Source of the DNA: Octopus sinensis
Lineage: Eukaryota
Reading direction: 5' to 3'
Assembly: GCF_006345805.1 (NCBI RefSeq)
Contig: NC_042999.1
Location: 1,302,001-1,366,000 of the forward strand
Length of the DNA stretch: 64,000 nt
How positions within the stretch are numbered: the first letter of the stretch is position 1; each line of letters opens with the position of its first letter. The notes beneath the pieces were generated by a model. It ran no database searches and had not been told where the DNA came from. It was given only the letters and a program-made list of their open reading frames with translations. Below, piece by piece: positions 36,558-49,766 of the stretch. Both the position numbers and the translations under genes were made by a program.

Positions 36558-37274
36558 GTATGAAGTGTTACAGAATTTTAATTTGCGTTTTTATTTTTTT
36601 TAGTTTTTTTTCTCGTTTTTCTTTTCCTTTCCATTCTTCAATTTGACTGAAATTAGAATTGAAAGCAATATGACATTGGAATTCAAACATGAATCGATAT
36701 TTGAAAAATGGGAAAACGAATAATACGAAACATTTTATTGATTTCAATTTGAATTTCAATTTCTAATATGTGAGGGCATCAGAACGTCATCGAATCTACA
36801 TTACCTTTATCAATAAAACAAAATAATAAAATAAAATATGATAAAACAAAATAAGACGTTGATATCAATTCTCCAAATGTTCAATATTATTATTTTCTTT
36901 TTCCATAATTAATATTGAATCAGGACAGGACAGTGAATTAGAATAATCACGCATCAGACAAAATACCTGACAATATTTCATTGCAACCTTTTATGTTCTG
37001 AGTTCAAAGCAGCCTGAGGTCAACTCTGCCCTTCATCTTTTCAAGGTCGATAAAATGAAATGGCAGTCAAATACCGGGTTCAATATTATCGACTTTTTTT
37101 TCACCGATATCATTATCATCTTTTAATGACCAACTTTCCATGTTTGCATGGAGTGGATTGCCTTTATTGAGACAGATTTCGCATGGCCTTCCTGTCACCA
37201 ACCTTCACTTGTTTGCAAGAGAGGTAATATTTACCTATGGCCAGACATGTTTTCACAGAAGAGTAAGACAGAAT

Positions 37275-38010
37275 CATTCATTTTGTGACTTCAATTTGCA
37301 GATCTTTATAATGAGAAAGCCTTATGTATGCCTTTCTTGAGACATTTTGATCTTGTGGAACAGACATATCTATTAACAGACCAGTTCCTCTGTTGTAGTC
37401 CTGGATCACAAATGTCTGGTCGATTAGAGACAATTTTTCTGACTGTTTGTACTGGGAAGTTCCAAAGGATGATGACGCCTTTGCCATATACTACATCCTC
37501 TGGATGGTGCCTGTACCGCTTATGATGGGATTTAATTGTGTAGTATTCACAAGCATTCCAGTGAAAGCAATGCTCTAGTCTGTCATGTCACATGAGGTAC
37601 TCCATTTCAGCAAGGACTGGGCAGCCAGAAAAATTATCAATTGCCCTTGTGAATTTTCCACAAATTCTCCATGAGGGTCAGACTCCAGCTTTAAGAATGT
37701 TTGCATCGTAGTTTCTGGTAGGTAAGTTTTGATCTTGCGTTGCAATAACAAAACCTTCAGTTTCCCCTTTCAGACCTGTCCCTTGTAGTCATTGGTGTAT
37801 TAGCATTTGATCAATATCTGGCTTGGACAAGCAGTTAGGGTATTTTCCATGCAGGCGTTTACCTTTCCAGTTGTCTTCAATATTATTCATGCAAGCCTTC
37901 TTTGCTTTTTGTTTGATGTTTCTTTGCATCAGTGATAGGTTTGTCACTATTTGGATCTCTTTGGTCTTTCTGATTAATTTCTAAATCAGGAGAAGCAATG
38001 GTAGGTCTGT
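37275..38010 (-). mobile_element. R4/Dong-like non-LTR retrotransposon remnant (restriction-like endonuclease region)
   Basis: Minus-strand peptides GLKGETEGFVIATQDQNLPTRNY and VIQDYNRGTGLLIDMSVPQDQNVSRKAYIRLSHYKDLQIE; frameshifted. Confidence 0.75.
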
Positions 38011-38055
38011 CAGTATTTGGGTGTCTTTTGGTCATTCTTATTGTTAACTGTTGTA

Positions 38056-38090
<35 letters not shown>

Positions 38091-38394
38091 AGCAGCAAGC
38101 TGGTAAATCCTTGGCATGCTGGGTGAAATGCTTAGAAGTATTTTTTCTGTCTTTACATTCTGAGTTCGAATACCATCAAGGTTGACTTTGCTTTTCATCC
38201 TTTCAGGGTTGATAAATTAAGTACCAATGAAACACTGGGGTCGATGTAATCAACTACATCCCCTCCACCAAAATTTCAGGCCTTGTACCTTTCGTAGAAA
38301 GGATTATAATTATTATTGTTGTTGTTGTTGTTATTTAATACCTGTCAATGACTCTCTGTTGGTTCCAATGATGTTTTCTATTTATTTCATCAAC

Positions 38395-38810
38395 ATCATT
38401 GCCAGAGCAGCTGACTGGCTTCCATGCTGGTGGCATGTAAAAAGCACCATCCGAGCGTCATCATTACCAGCATTGCCATACTGGCACTTGCGCTGATGGC
38501 ATGTGAAAAACATTCGAGCAAGGTCGTTTGCCAGTGCCGCTGGACTGGCTCCTGTGCAGGGGGCATGTAAAAAACACCATTTGAGTGTGGCTGTTGCCAG
38601 TACCTCCTGACTGGCCCCATGTTGGTGGCATGTAAAAGCACCCACTACACTCTTGGAGTGGTTGGTGTTAGGAAAGGCATCCAGCTGCATAAAATTCTAC
38701 CAGATCAGATTGGAGTCTGGTGCAGCCCTCTGGTTCGCCAGTTCTCAGTCAAATCGTCCAACCCATGCTAGAAAACAGACGTTAAACGATGATGACGATG
38801 ATGATGATTT
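38395..38810 (+). mobile_element. RTE 3'UTR tail with internal subrepeats
   Basis: Repeated GGTGGCATGTAAAA(A/G)CACC units followed by the shared terminal motif. Confidence 0.75.
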
Positions 38811-39339
38811 ATACCTGTCCTAAACAAAATGGCATTACTTTTTGACTCACCTAAGTACTTTCTGCCTACCAAATTTCAATTCTAAATCTCAGTTGAATCC
38901 TAAGCTAAAGTAGAAAAGAAACACTTGCTCAAGATACCAGGTGGTGTTATTAAACTCAGAACAACATGATTATGAAGTAAATTTCTTAATTGTTCATCCA
39001 GAGAGTCACAGTATAATAAATAAATAAAGCTACATTGTTGCTTCTCCATTGGAAGATATTTTCAAAATCTTTATTCTTTAGATGATGAGTGATGCGTGTC
39101 TAGACTGATAAGTCTAGACTGATAAGTCTAGACAGTGTGTGGATGACAAAAGCATAAGAAAATTCTTGAAAATAAAAGATGATGTCACTTGTGTATATCT
39201 GCGTGGTTAGAAGATGCTGTGAAAAGCTCGTTTACGTAAATTAGGAAGAGGGTGGAGAACATAATTATTAAATCACACCACAGCTGATGCAATGTAATTC
39301 ACAGATAAACTACAATAGAATAGTGTTTAATTTTTGTAT

Positions 39340-39590
39340 TTGGTTTTGTGATATTCTTGATGTGAATTTATGTTGAAACATATTTTGTATTTTGGGAGGG
39401 TCATTAGGCCAATAATACCACACACTGATTCTATTTCACTTCTTTTATTATTCAATTGGTTAAATGGCTAACCAATAGACTAAAAGAATCTAAACTGAAT
39501 AGAACCAGTGTGTGTGGCTATTATTGGTGTATTAACCCACCCAAGATAAAGAAAAAGTAGAATAGCATGTTTAAACAGAGAATCATTAAG
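39340..39590. mobile_element. Decayed repeat with inverted arms (Penelope-like)
   Basis: CCAATAATACCACACACTGATTCTATT vs AATAGAACCAGTGTGTGTGGCTATTATTGG; left part resembles 22640-22690. Confidence 0.45.
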
Positions 39591-39766
39591 TCTTTAACCA
39601 AATAGGTTTAGGAATAACTGTGTGGTAAGAAGTTTGCTTTCCAGCCACATGGTTGTGGGTTCAGTCCCACTGCACGGCACCTTGGACAAGTGTTTTTTTA
39701 CTATATCTTTGGGCTGACCAAAGCCTTGTGAGTGGATGTGGGAAAAAGAAACTGAAAGTAGCCTGT

Positions 39767-39855
<89 letters not shown>

Positions 39856-40233
39856 CATTCTGTCACTGCTTGACAACCAGGGTTGGTTTGCTTAGGTCTC
39901 AATAACTTAGTGGTTCAGCAAAAGAGAACAACGAAAGACGTACCATGCTTAAAACAAAAAAAATGTACCTGAATCAATTCGTTCGACTAAAAGTTCTTCA
40001 AGGCAGTGCCCCAGCATGGCCTCAGTCCAATGGCTGAAACAAATAAAAGATAAAAAAAAGACAAGTAACATCAGTGAAAATCAGTATTAGCTTTAGTAAG
40101 ATTAGTGACATTAGTAAGATTGCCCTTCATGTGACACTAGTACAGGTGCTTTATACGTAGCAGCAGCATGAGTGCTTCTACATGGTATTGGCACAAGTGA
40201 TCTTTATGTGGCACCAGCACCACTGCTCTTAGA

Positions 40234-40430
40234 GTTCTGTATTTAAGAGATGAAGAATTATGTACATTATTTACATTATTTACATTTTGACGGATATTTG
40301 TCCTCATCTTGTTTGTTGTTAACACAACGTTTCGGCTGATATACCCTCCAGCCTTCATCAGGTGTCTTGGGGAAATTTTGAACCTGGGTTCTCGTTCCTA
40401 AGGTATTTTTCCATGTTATTCTTCTTCTTC

Positions 40431-40472
<42 letters not shown>

Positions 40473-40775
40473 TCACTGCCTGGAATCGAACTCAGAATCT
40501 TGGGGTTAGTAGCCTGCACTCTTAACCGCTATGCCTGGGCAAATGGCATAGTGGTTAAGAGTGCAGGCTACTAACCCCAAGATTCTGAGTTCGATTCCAG
40601 GCAGTGACCTGAATAATAATAGTAATAATAATAATATTGAAAAATAGCTTAGGAATGAGAACCCATGTTCGAAATTTCCCCAAAGCACCTGATGAAGGCT
40701 GGAGGGTATAACAGTTGAAACGTGTTAACAACAAACAAGATGAGGACAAATATTCATCAAATGTAAATAATGTAC
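40234..40775. mobile_element. Head-to-head palindromic dimer of tRNA-headed, HHR-bearing family P1
   Basis: Arms 40234-40535 (-) and 40545-40775 (+) with a 9-nt spacer; each arm is tRNA-like head, (AAT)n, HHR, then (TAAATAATG)n tail. Confidence 0.8.
40321..40366 (-). ncRNA. Minimal type I hammerhead ribozyme motif with intact core
   Basis: GACAC CUGAUGA A GGCUG gaggguauau CAGCC GAAA CG U U GUGUU: stem I GACAC/GUGUU, stem II GGCUG/CAGCC, palindromic ACGU stem III, predicted cleavage after GUU. Confidence 0.7.
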
Positions 40776-41624
40776 TAAATGGTGAAGTAATAAAGTGTGA
40801 TGATGATTGTTATTGCGCAAGAAAATTAGCCATTGACACTCTGGCTGTTTATCATTGAACCTATCTATTTTGTCAGTTAGAGTAATTTGGAAGAGAGGAG
40901 GAATAGAAGAATATATGAAATAATAATTGAACTGTAACAAGAATAGAAATATGTGAATAGTTTAAGAATGGAAATATTCTAAATTTCACAGTGAAAGCAG
41001 AGGAGTTATAACTTTTCAGCAAAAGCCAAATTGATGTTGAATCGCTGATGAATATTAATGAGAGATTGTGGAGATGAGAACCACAAGACAATAGAAACTA
41101 CAGCATACGAATTGTACGTACAGCAATGAATCTTCTGGCCGACTGTTGTGGTTTTTGCTTACGAAGTTAATTCCTCGATGTACGATTTACATGTGGATGA
41201 GATTTGGCGAAGAGATAAATTAATGGAAATGTGCGACAGCAGACGGGACTTGTAGTGGTGATACATGTCGGTGAAGGGTGGCGACGTGAAGGGTTGCCAT
41301 ATTTGGTCGTGTACCTGATGTCGTGATCTTTACTTGGCCATTTATGATTCCAAAAATTAGCATTTATCATGAAGCATCGTCATAGTCGTCATCATCGTTA
41401 ACATCATCATCACCATCATTGTCATCAGCATCGTCTTAATCATCGTTATCATCGCCATAGCTTAATGAATTATGATACAGACAGTAAAACTGGCACTTGG
41501 TCAGTTACGACGATGTCAGTTCCAGTTGATCCAATCAACAAAACAGATTTCTCATTGAATTAATCTGAGACTGGCAAACCGTCCCTAAGACCCCTAGGAC
41601 TTGAAACAATAATGTTCAGGGCTT

Positions 41625-42095
41625 GATGAGGATGATGGGGGTAATGATGGTGGTGGTGGAGATGATGATGATGACGATGATGATCATGGTGGTGATGGGA
41701 GTGATGATGTTGATTATGATGACGATGATGGTGGTGGTGGTGGTGATGGTGGCGGTGATGATGATGCTGAAGATGGTGGGAATGATGTTGTTTATGATGA
41801 CGATGGTGGTGGTGAAGATGATGATGCTGATGATGATTGTGGTGATGGTGGTAGTGGTGGTGATGGTGATGATGAGAACAGTGATGGTGGTGGTGGTAAT
41901 GATGACGCTGATGATGATGGTGGTGATTGTAGTGATGGTGGTGATGATGTTGCTTATGATGACAATGATGGTGGTGGCGGTGGTGATGATGATGATGTTG
42001 ATTATGATGATGGTGGTGGTAAAGATGATGATGACGCTGATGATGATTGGGGTGATGGTAGTGATGGTGGTGGTGATTATGTTGATTATGATGAT
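41625..42095. repeat. (GAT/GGT)n trinucleotide repeat
   Basis: Degenerate triplet run. Confidence 0.95.
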
Positions 42096-42099
42096 TTAC

Positions 42100-42630
42100 C
42101 CTAGTACACAACTGGTACTTATTTTATCGACTCCAAAAGGATGAATGGCAAAGTCAACCTCAGCAGAATTTGAACTAAGAACATAAAACCAGACGAAATA
42201 CTGCTAAGCATTTCGCCTGGCATGCTAACACTTCTTTTCTATTCTAGGCACAAGGCCCAAAATTTTGGAGGAGAGAGCTAGTCGATTAGATCAACCCCAG
42301 TGCACAACTGGTACTTAATCTATCAACCCCGAAAGGATGAAAGGCAAAATTGACCTTGGTGGAATTTGAACTCAGAACTTAAAGACAGACAAAATACCTA
42401 TTTTTTTACTACCCACAAGGGGCTAAACACAGAGGAGACAAACAAAGACATACAGACAGATTAAGTCAATTATATCGACCCCAGTGCGTAACTGGTACTT
42501 ATTTAATCAACCCCGAAAGGATGAAAGGCAAAGTCGACCTTGGCGGAATTTGAACTCAGAATGTAGTGGCAGATGAAATACCGCTAAACATTTTACCCGG
42601 CATGCTAACGATTTTGCCAGCTTGCCATTT
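42100..42630 (-). mobile_element. SINE-B monomer plus dimer in tandem
   Basis: Three core units. Confidence 0.8.
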
Positions 42631-43029
42631 TAAAATAATGAGCCACATAAATCTTAAACTGCATTTAGTAGAGATTTTGAAGCAGAATCAACCATTAATC
42701 TATTTAGAATTCCTTATGTTGCAAGTTTTGGTGAAACAAACCAGAAAACAGCTAATTAGTGATAGAAACAAGAGACTTACCCATAATGAATGAGAATAAA
42801 AGTCAGAGGTTAGTAAGATCATAACAAACAGAGTTTAAAACAAAACAGAAGACGAAGGTTATATGGGTTCCTTTCCAATTTTCTTTGATGCAATTGGCAT
42901 TTATCAGTACAAAAGTATTAAACCTATTTGAGAGAGAGCAAAGAAAACTAAGTAATTTGTGTTGGTACTTGGTTTGCAAGATTATTGATGTGAAATTATG
43001 TGTTGAAACAGGAAAATTCTAATTGAACC

Positions 43030-43790
43030 CCACCTGCAAGGTCATGTGCTGTTTATCTTGATATGAGATCACCATTTTGCACACATATGGTTGTGATGCA
43101 TGTGCCTAGTGTACCCTTATCAGATGGGTAGTCGTGATGGGTATACTGGGCTTCGTATATTTTACCCCAGTGTCACTTTGATAGCATGCACTGCTCTCTC
43201 ACTCAATAATAATAATAATTATAATAATAATAATAATAATAATAGGCTCTCATGGTTTCTGATCTTAATTGATTGAAAGTGTTATCATGTACATTGTTTT
43301 GTCTTGGTATAAAAGATGGGCTACAGCAAATATTCTGCTCAATACCACAGATTTGCTTGTCAGTTGTTTGACCATAACCAGTTGAGCCTCTCTCTTAGTT
43401 GCTGTCAATACATGCATCTCTGATCATGAGCAGAAGCAGTGGGGGAGAATCATAGCCCTGTGTCAAGAGGAATTCTTTGGGGTTTGGATAATTCACTTTT
43501 GGAAACATGGATGTTTCATTCAATATTCTTAAACAACCCTTATTCAGGAATTTTTTGAATGGGACAGGCTACTCAATTTCAAGAAAATTCTAACAGGCCC
43601 CACATACAAGGTCATGCACTGTTTATCTTGATATGAGATCACTGTCGTACACATATTGTTGTGATGCATATGCCAGGTGTATCCTTATCTGACGGGTAGT
43701 CATGATGGGTATACTAGGCTTTGTATATTTTACCCCAGTGTCACTTTGATGGCATGAACTGCTCTCTCACTCAATAATAATAATAATAAT
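43030..43790 (+). mobile_element. Two tandem 3' ends of a (AAT)n-tailed retroelement
   Basis: About 190-bp direct repeat ending CACTGCTCTCTCACTC(AAT)n at 43030-43235 and 43590-43790. Confidence 0.65.
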
Positions 43791-45214
43791 AATAATAAAA
43801 GGAAGGGAAATAAAACCAGTGAATGTGATGAGACCATTAGAATAACATCAAAAAGGACTAGTGTTGATTTGTTAACCTAAAACTCTTCTTAGCAGTGCTC
43901 CAGCATGGTCACAGACCAATGACTGGAACAAGTAAAAGAAAACAGCTATCTTTTTAAGCCTGGTACTTACTCTGTCAGTTGCTTTTGCTGAGCTGCTAAG
44001 TTACAGGAACATAAACATACCAACACTGGTTGTCAAGTGATGGTGGGGGAACAAATGCAGGCACACACACACACGTTTATATACAATGGTCTTTTTAATT
44101 TCCGTCTACCAAATCCACTCACGAAGCTTTTGTCAGTTTGAGGCTATAGTAAAAGACACTTGCCCAAGGTGCCATGCAGTGGGACTGAACCCAGAACCAT
44201 GTGGTTGGGAAGCAAACTTCTTACCACACAGCAACACCTATGCCTTATTGTATACAACTTAATAGCATAATCCTAATCTAGGAAACTCTAGTAACCCACT
44301 TAGATGTTCTGTTTAAAAGCCAATGACTATCAAACATATTTGTGACTAATTACAACTATAGCCCCTGATCTTTCATTAGAAGAGCTGTGGTTAGTATTGT
44401 TTATGACTTGTCATACAAGTCAACCACACTGATAACCCTGTAAGTCAGCTTTAGATGTACATGAAACTACATTTAGTGATATCTGTTCTAAACGCTGGCA
44501 GTGAATGAGATAACATCTGTTGGTAATATCTCGTTTGATTCACGACATTATTAGGATTAATTATAATAATGCATGCTTATCTTATTTATGTGTTTGGGGG
44601 AGATTTTAAATACAAGCCAATAGATAGCTTTGGTGAATGGATTTGCATCTGTCAGTAGAGCTTTGTTAAGACTATTATATCTATCATTATCATCGACATT
44701 TAACCTCTGTTTTCCATGCTGTCATGTGTTGGATCACTTGACAGGAACTAGCAAAGCTGGCCAGGGGCTGCACCAGGGTCCAATTATCTGTTTTGGCTTG
44801 GTTTTTACAGTTGGATGTCCTTCCAAAGGCCAACCACTTTACAGAGTGTACTGGGGTTTTTTTACATGAAATTATCACCAGTGCTTTCCACAGGGCACCA
44901 GGAATAATGCTTTTTATGTGGCACCAGTACACACTCACCAATGACACCTTGGTTTTAGGATATCAAAAAAACTATTCCAAGAAAGAGAAAGTACCCAGTT
45001 TACTGCATCAGAAAGGAGGAAAATAAAGCTCAGGAGATGAAAGTTTGTAAAGTTAACCCTTTTGATACCAACTTACCTGAAACCACCTCCAGCTCTGTAG
45101 TACAAACGTCTTGTTTTCAAAAGTTCTTCCACCAAACCTTAATCACAATTTATGAGACTAACACTAGCTTAATGATAACTAAGTTGGAAAATTACTATTT
45201 TTAAAATCCCACAT

Positions 45215-45621
45215 TGTGAGATATTCAGCAATAGTACTTTGTAGTAAAGACTATTTGCCAACATAACATGGCAGTCCTGGTTTAGGACTAATGTTGCTGT
45301 AATTTAGCCCCAGGAGACATTGTCTCCAGCTGGCTATACGACACAATCTGTATCCTTATATTTTTGAACAAGAGAATCTTGCACCCCCACTCAGCTTAAA
45401 ACAATTTCTGTGTATCATGATTTCTGGGTTATTGTTTTGAGCTGAGTGGGGATGCTAAATTCTTTTGTTCGAAAATATAAGGACACAGATGATGTTGTAT
45501 AGCCAGCTAGAGATGATGTCACCTGGGGCTAAATTACTGCAACATTAGTCCTAAACCAGGACTGCCATGTTATGTTGGCAAACAATCTTTACTACAAAGC
45601 ACTGTTGCTGAATATCTCACA
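45215..45621. mobile_element. Foldback element (arms about 190 bp, 25-nt spacer)
   Basis: 45215-45405 is the reverse complement of 45431-45621 with scattered mismatches. Confidence 0.85.
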
Positions 45622-48559
45622 TTGATTACCACAGAGAATGGACCACCAACATTTTCCGGTTCTCAAAAATATCCCACGTGTACAGGTATCAAGTAGCTTC
45701 ATATTAAATGAGTTGAAGACATTCTAATTCTTGAATATTTTGTCTTGGTTGTCTACATTTTCTAAATAAACATATACCAGTAATTAATTGTGGTTAGCTC
45801 AATGAATTACCAACTACATACAAAACCTACCTACAAAGGTGCTGGAGTGGCTGTGTGGTAAGTAGCTTACTTACCAACCACACAGTTCCAGGTTCAGTCC
45901 CACTGCATGGCATCTTGGGCAAGTCTCTTCTACTATAGCCTTGAGCCGACCAAAACCTTGCTAGACAGAAACTGAAGGAAGCCCATTGTATGTGTGTGTG
46001 TATTTGTTTGTCCTCCCACCATTGCATGACAACCAATGCTGGTGTGTTTACGACCCTGTAACTTACCGGTTCAGCAAAAGAGACGAATAAAATGAGTACA
46101 AGGCTTGGAAAGAATCAGTCCTGGGGTTGATTGTTTGACTAAAGGTGCTGCTCCAGCATGGCTACACTCAAATGACTGAAACGAATAAAAGAGTAAAGGC
46201 TGTTATAAAAAGTGAACATTTAAAGACAGTATAAGATATTTAGGTAAGACCCGTCATCACTCAAACAGCAATATCGGATTTAGTATGCTTAAATGGAAAG
46301 TAGCTACTATCAGCTGTTAGCATTAAGAAGCATAAAGCCCACAAGGAACTACTTCTTACTACTGCAAAACTTTGTAAGGATTTCAAGAACTCTCCAGCTT
46401 TTGCTAACAGTGAAAGAAATTAAAAAATGTAGATGTAAATGTATTTACATTAGATAAGAGTTGCTGTCAAAAACAGGAATTTTAACATATTTTCTGTGAG
46501 CAATAATGATGCACGAATAGAATGGAAATTAATAAACTGTAAATGTGAAGGATTTTGTACAAGCCTCAAAGTTATAGTTAACCTTCTGTGAAGAAGTGTC
46601 TAAGATGACACAAGTGTATCAAGAATACTAGCTGAGGTACCTGGTAATAAATTACCATTAATTACCACGTAAAAGCACCAACCGATCATGGCCATTTGCC
46701 AGCCTCCTCTGGCCCCTGTGCCGGTAGCACGTAAAAATCACCCACTACACTCACAGAGTGGTTGGCATTAGGATGGGCATCCAGCTGTAGAAACACTGCC
46801 AAACCAGACTGGAGCCTGGTGCAACCTCCATGGCTTGCCAACCATGCTAACATGGAAAACGGACGTTAAATGATGATGAAGATGAAGATGTCTGTTGATA
46901 GCCATGAAATATTTTTTGTCAAATTTTGGTATTTTTCAAAAAATTAAGATCTATATTAATGGATAGGACCAATTTCATGAAAAAATGAGCAGAGTCTGGT
47001 AGTGAACCCGTATTATCATTTTTGTGCATGTGCATAAAATGGGGAAATTTTATGCTTTGGGGGTAGATTTCTTTAAATTGATGTCACGACGGTTAGCGTG
47101 CAAAATGCCTAAATTTTGCTTGAGAAATAAAATGCTCTTACCTAATCAAAACCTGAAACGCTGTGGAATTAAAACAATGAATTGAAATAAGTTTTAGCAT
47201 GGAAAACGAACGTTAAACGATGATGATGTTGATGTGAATCTAATGGTTTTTGTGTATTTTTAAATGGCTTATAAACACCTTCCATGCTGCAATGGGGATA
47301 ATTACAAACTGGGAAAGAGATACAGTTTGGAGTTTATGACAAACAGCTGATACAGCAACAAGTGGCCAGCCCAACATAACAGAAGACAACTGTTCTATAT
47401 TAATGGTGTCGGAGATTCTTGGTCATTTGTATGAGCTATCTGTGTGGGCTGTCTGATAGAGCAGAATGGAGACACATAACGCTCAGCTGCTTCAACATTC
47501 TGCAACTAATCACTGCCAGAAATTGCCTCTTATAGGATACAAGAGGAAGATCCTAGAACATTGAATCCCGTGATGGATTGATGCTGATTGGCTGGTTAAC
47601 AGACCAATCACATGAAATTTTGATGTCTGAACCATGTGATGTCCGAACCATGTGGTTTCAGGTTCAATCTCACGGCATATTATCTTGGGCAAGTGTCTTC
47701 CACAATAGCTCTGGGTCAACAGAAACCTTGTGAGTGGATTTGGTAGATGGAAACTAGAAGAGACCTGTTGCATATTTTTTTATCTTTTACTTGTTTCAGT
47801 CTTTAAATTGTGGCCATGCTGGAGCACTGTCTTGAAGAATTCTAAGTCGAATGTTTATTTCTATCCAGGGATCTTGTTTCAAATGCCTGGTTATGCCATC
47901 AGACATCACAAGCAGAGGGGTGGGAGATGAGAGAACACTCGAAACATCTTCAAGGCAGTGCCCAGAGCATGGCCATGGTTTAATGACAGGAACAAGTAAA
48001 AGACCTACCCAGGTACTGTTCTTATTTCTATATTGATGCTTGCTTTACCAATTTGCAAAGCTAGCACCATGGACCGATGAGTTTTGATCAATCAAGCGTA
48101 TCACCAGTCATCAATCTTTAGCCATCACCTTCAAGATACACAGTCATCCAAAGTCAGTATTTACTACTTCATCTCATGTCTTTCTCCCCGCTCCTCCCTT
48201 CTACAGTTTTGCTTCATTTTGCACGTATCCCATCATTGCATCCTCCTTAGATAATGTAGTGACATTTTAGAGATACACTGTTTCTTATAATACAAGATGC
48301 TTGTAGCAGACACAATGTTTAAACAACAACAGCAATGAAAAAAATATTCAAAAATGCAAACTCTAAGAAAAAGAAAATAACTGATTCTTTTTTCTTTAAA
48401 GATTCGAATTATAATTTACCATTTTGTCAAGTCTTTGAAACACGGCTTTCCTATAAAGTTCAAATGGATTTTATGTGACTGTAAAATATTTTTGGATCAT
48501 TCTAAAGTGGAATGCGTTTCTTTCATTAAGGAAGAACAGACAAAGATTTTAAGATTTAA

Positions 48560-49337
48560 CCCTTTAGGATTTCGACAGGACATGTCTCACCAAAATGTTG
48601 TCCCTGTTTTATGTTCAAAACAGTCAGATCCAGCCTCTCACACCTACGTTACAATGTCATTCTAAAAATAAACAATCACATCAATGTCAAAATAAAAATC
48701 AAATGGAAATTGTAGTTGTGATACTTGTGCCAATGCCAGCGCTGCCTTGACTGGCTTCCATGCCAGTGGTACGTAAAAAGCACCAACCAATCATGGCTGT
48801 TGCCAGCCTCCCCTGGCACCTGTGCCGGTAGCATGTAAAAAACATCCACTGCACTCACAGAGTGGTTGGTGTAAGGAAGGGCATCCAGCTGTAGAAACAC
48901 TGCCAGATCAGACTGGAGCCTGGTGCAGTCTCCTGGCTTCCCAATCCCAGTCGAACCATCCAACCCATGCCAGCATGGAAAATGGACGTTAAACAATGAT
49001 GATGATGATGATGACATCATTGAAATTGTAAAGCTATGAGACAATGCATGAGTGATTCAAAATTACTATAGGCATGAGGCCTGAAATTTAGGGAGGGGGG
49101 ATAATGGATTACATCGACCCCAGTTCATAACTGGTACTTATTTCATCAACCCTGAAAACATGAAAGGCAAAGTCGACTTCAGCAGAATTTGAACTCGGAA
49201 AGTAATGGTAGATGATATACCACTAAGCATTTCACTTGGTGTGCTAACGATTCAGCCATCTCACTGTCTTTGGGTAATTCAAAATAGTGTGAATATTCAG
49301 GCATTAGATTTGAGAGAATAATCTGAATGCTAAAGGG
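48560..49337. mobile_element. piggyBac-type MITE interrupted by an RTE tail and a SINE-B
   Basis: TTAA|CCCTTTAG ... CTAAAGGG|TTAA; body matches 26458-26677 once the inserts are removed. Confidence 0.7.
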
Positions 49338-49726
49338 TTAATCTTGCAAAGAGTGGGTGTGGCTGAGTGGTAACAATTTGGCTGGTGAACTATGTGGTTT
49401 CAGGTTCAATCCCACAGTATGTTATCTTGGGCACTTTTCTTCTACAATAGCCCTGGGTCAACAGAAACCGTGTGAGTGGATTTGGTAGATGGAAACTGGA
49501 AGAGGCCTGTTGTATATTTTTTATCTTTTACTTGTTTCAGTCTCCAGATTGTGGCCATGCAGAAGCACTGCCTTGAAGAATTCTAAGTCGAATGTTTATT
49601 TCTATATTTTTTTAAGCATGATACTTATTCTGTTGGTCTTTTGCTGGAGCATTAAGTTACAGGAACATAAATGCACCAGCACTTGTTGTCAAGTGGTGGT
49701 GGAGAACAAACAAAGATAGAAAGATG

Positions 49727-49766
<40 letters not shown>

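Noticed and set aside
40545-40612. tRNA gene call for this and other tRNA-like heads
   Set aside because: A/B boxes are present but the acceptor stem is not closed and the sequence continues into repeat bodies; these are SINE-type heads
41560-42144. 183-aa poly-His ORF (-) and Met/Val ORF (+), superficially like cephalopod His-rich beak proteins
   Set aside because: Pure (CAT/CAC)n triplet repeat; no signal peptide, Gly-His motifs or splice context
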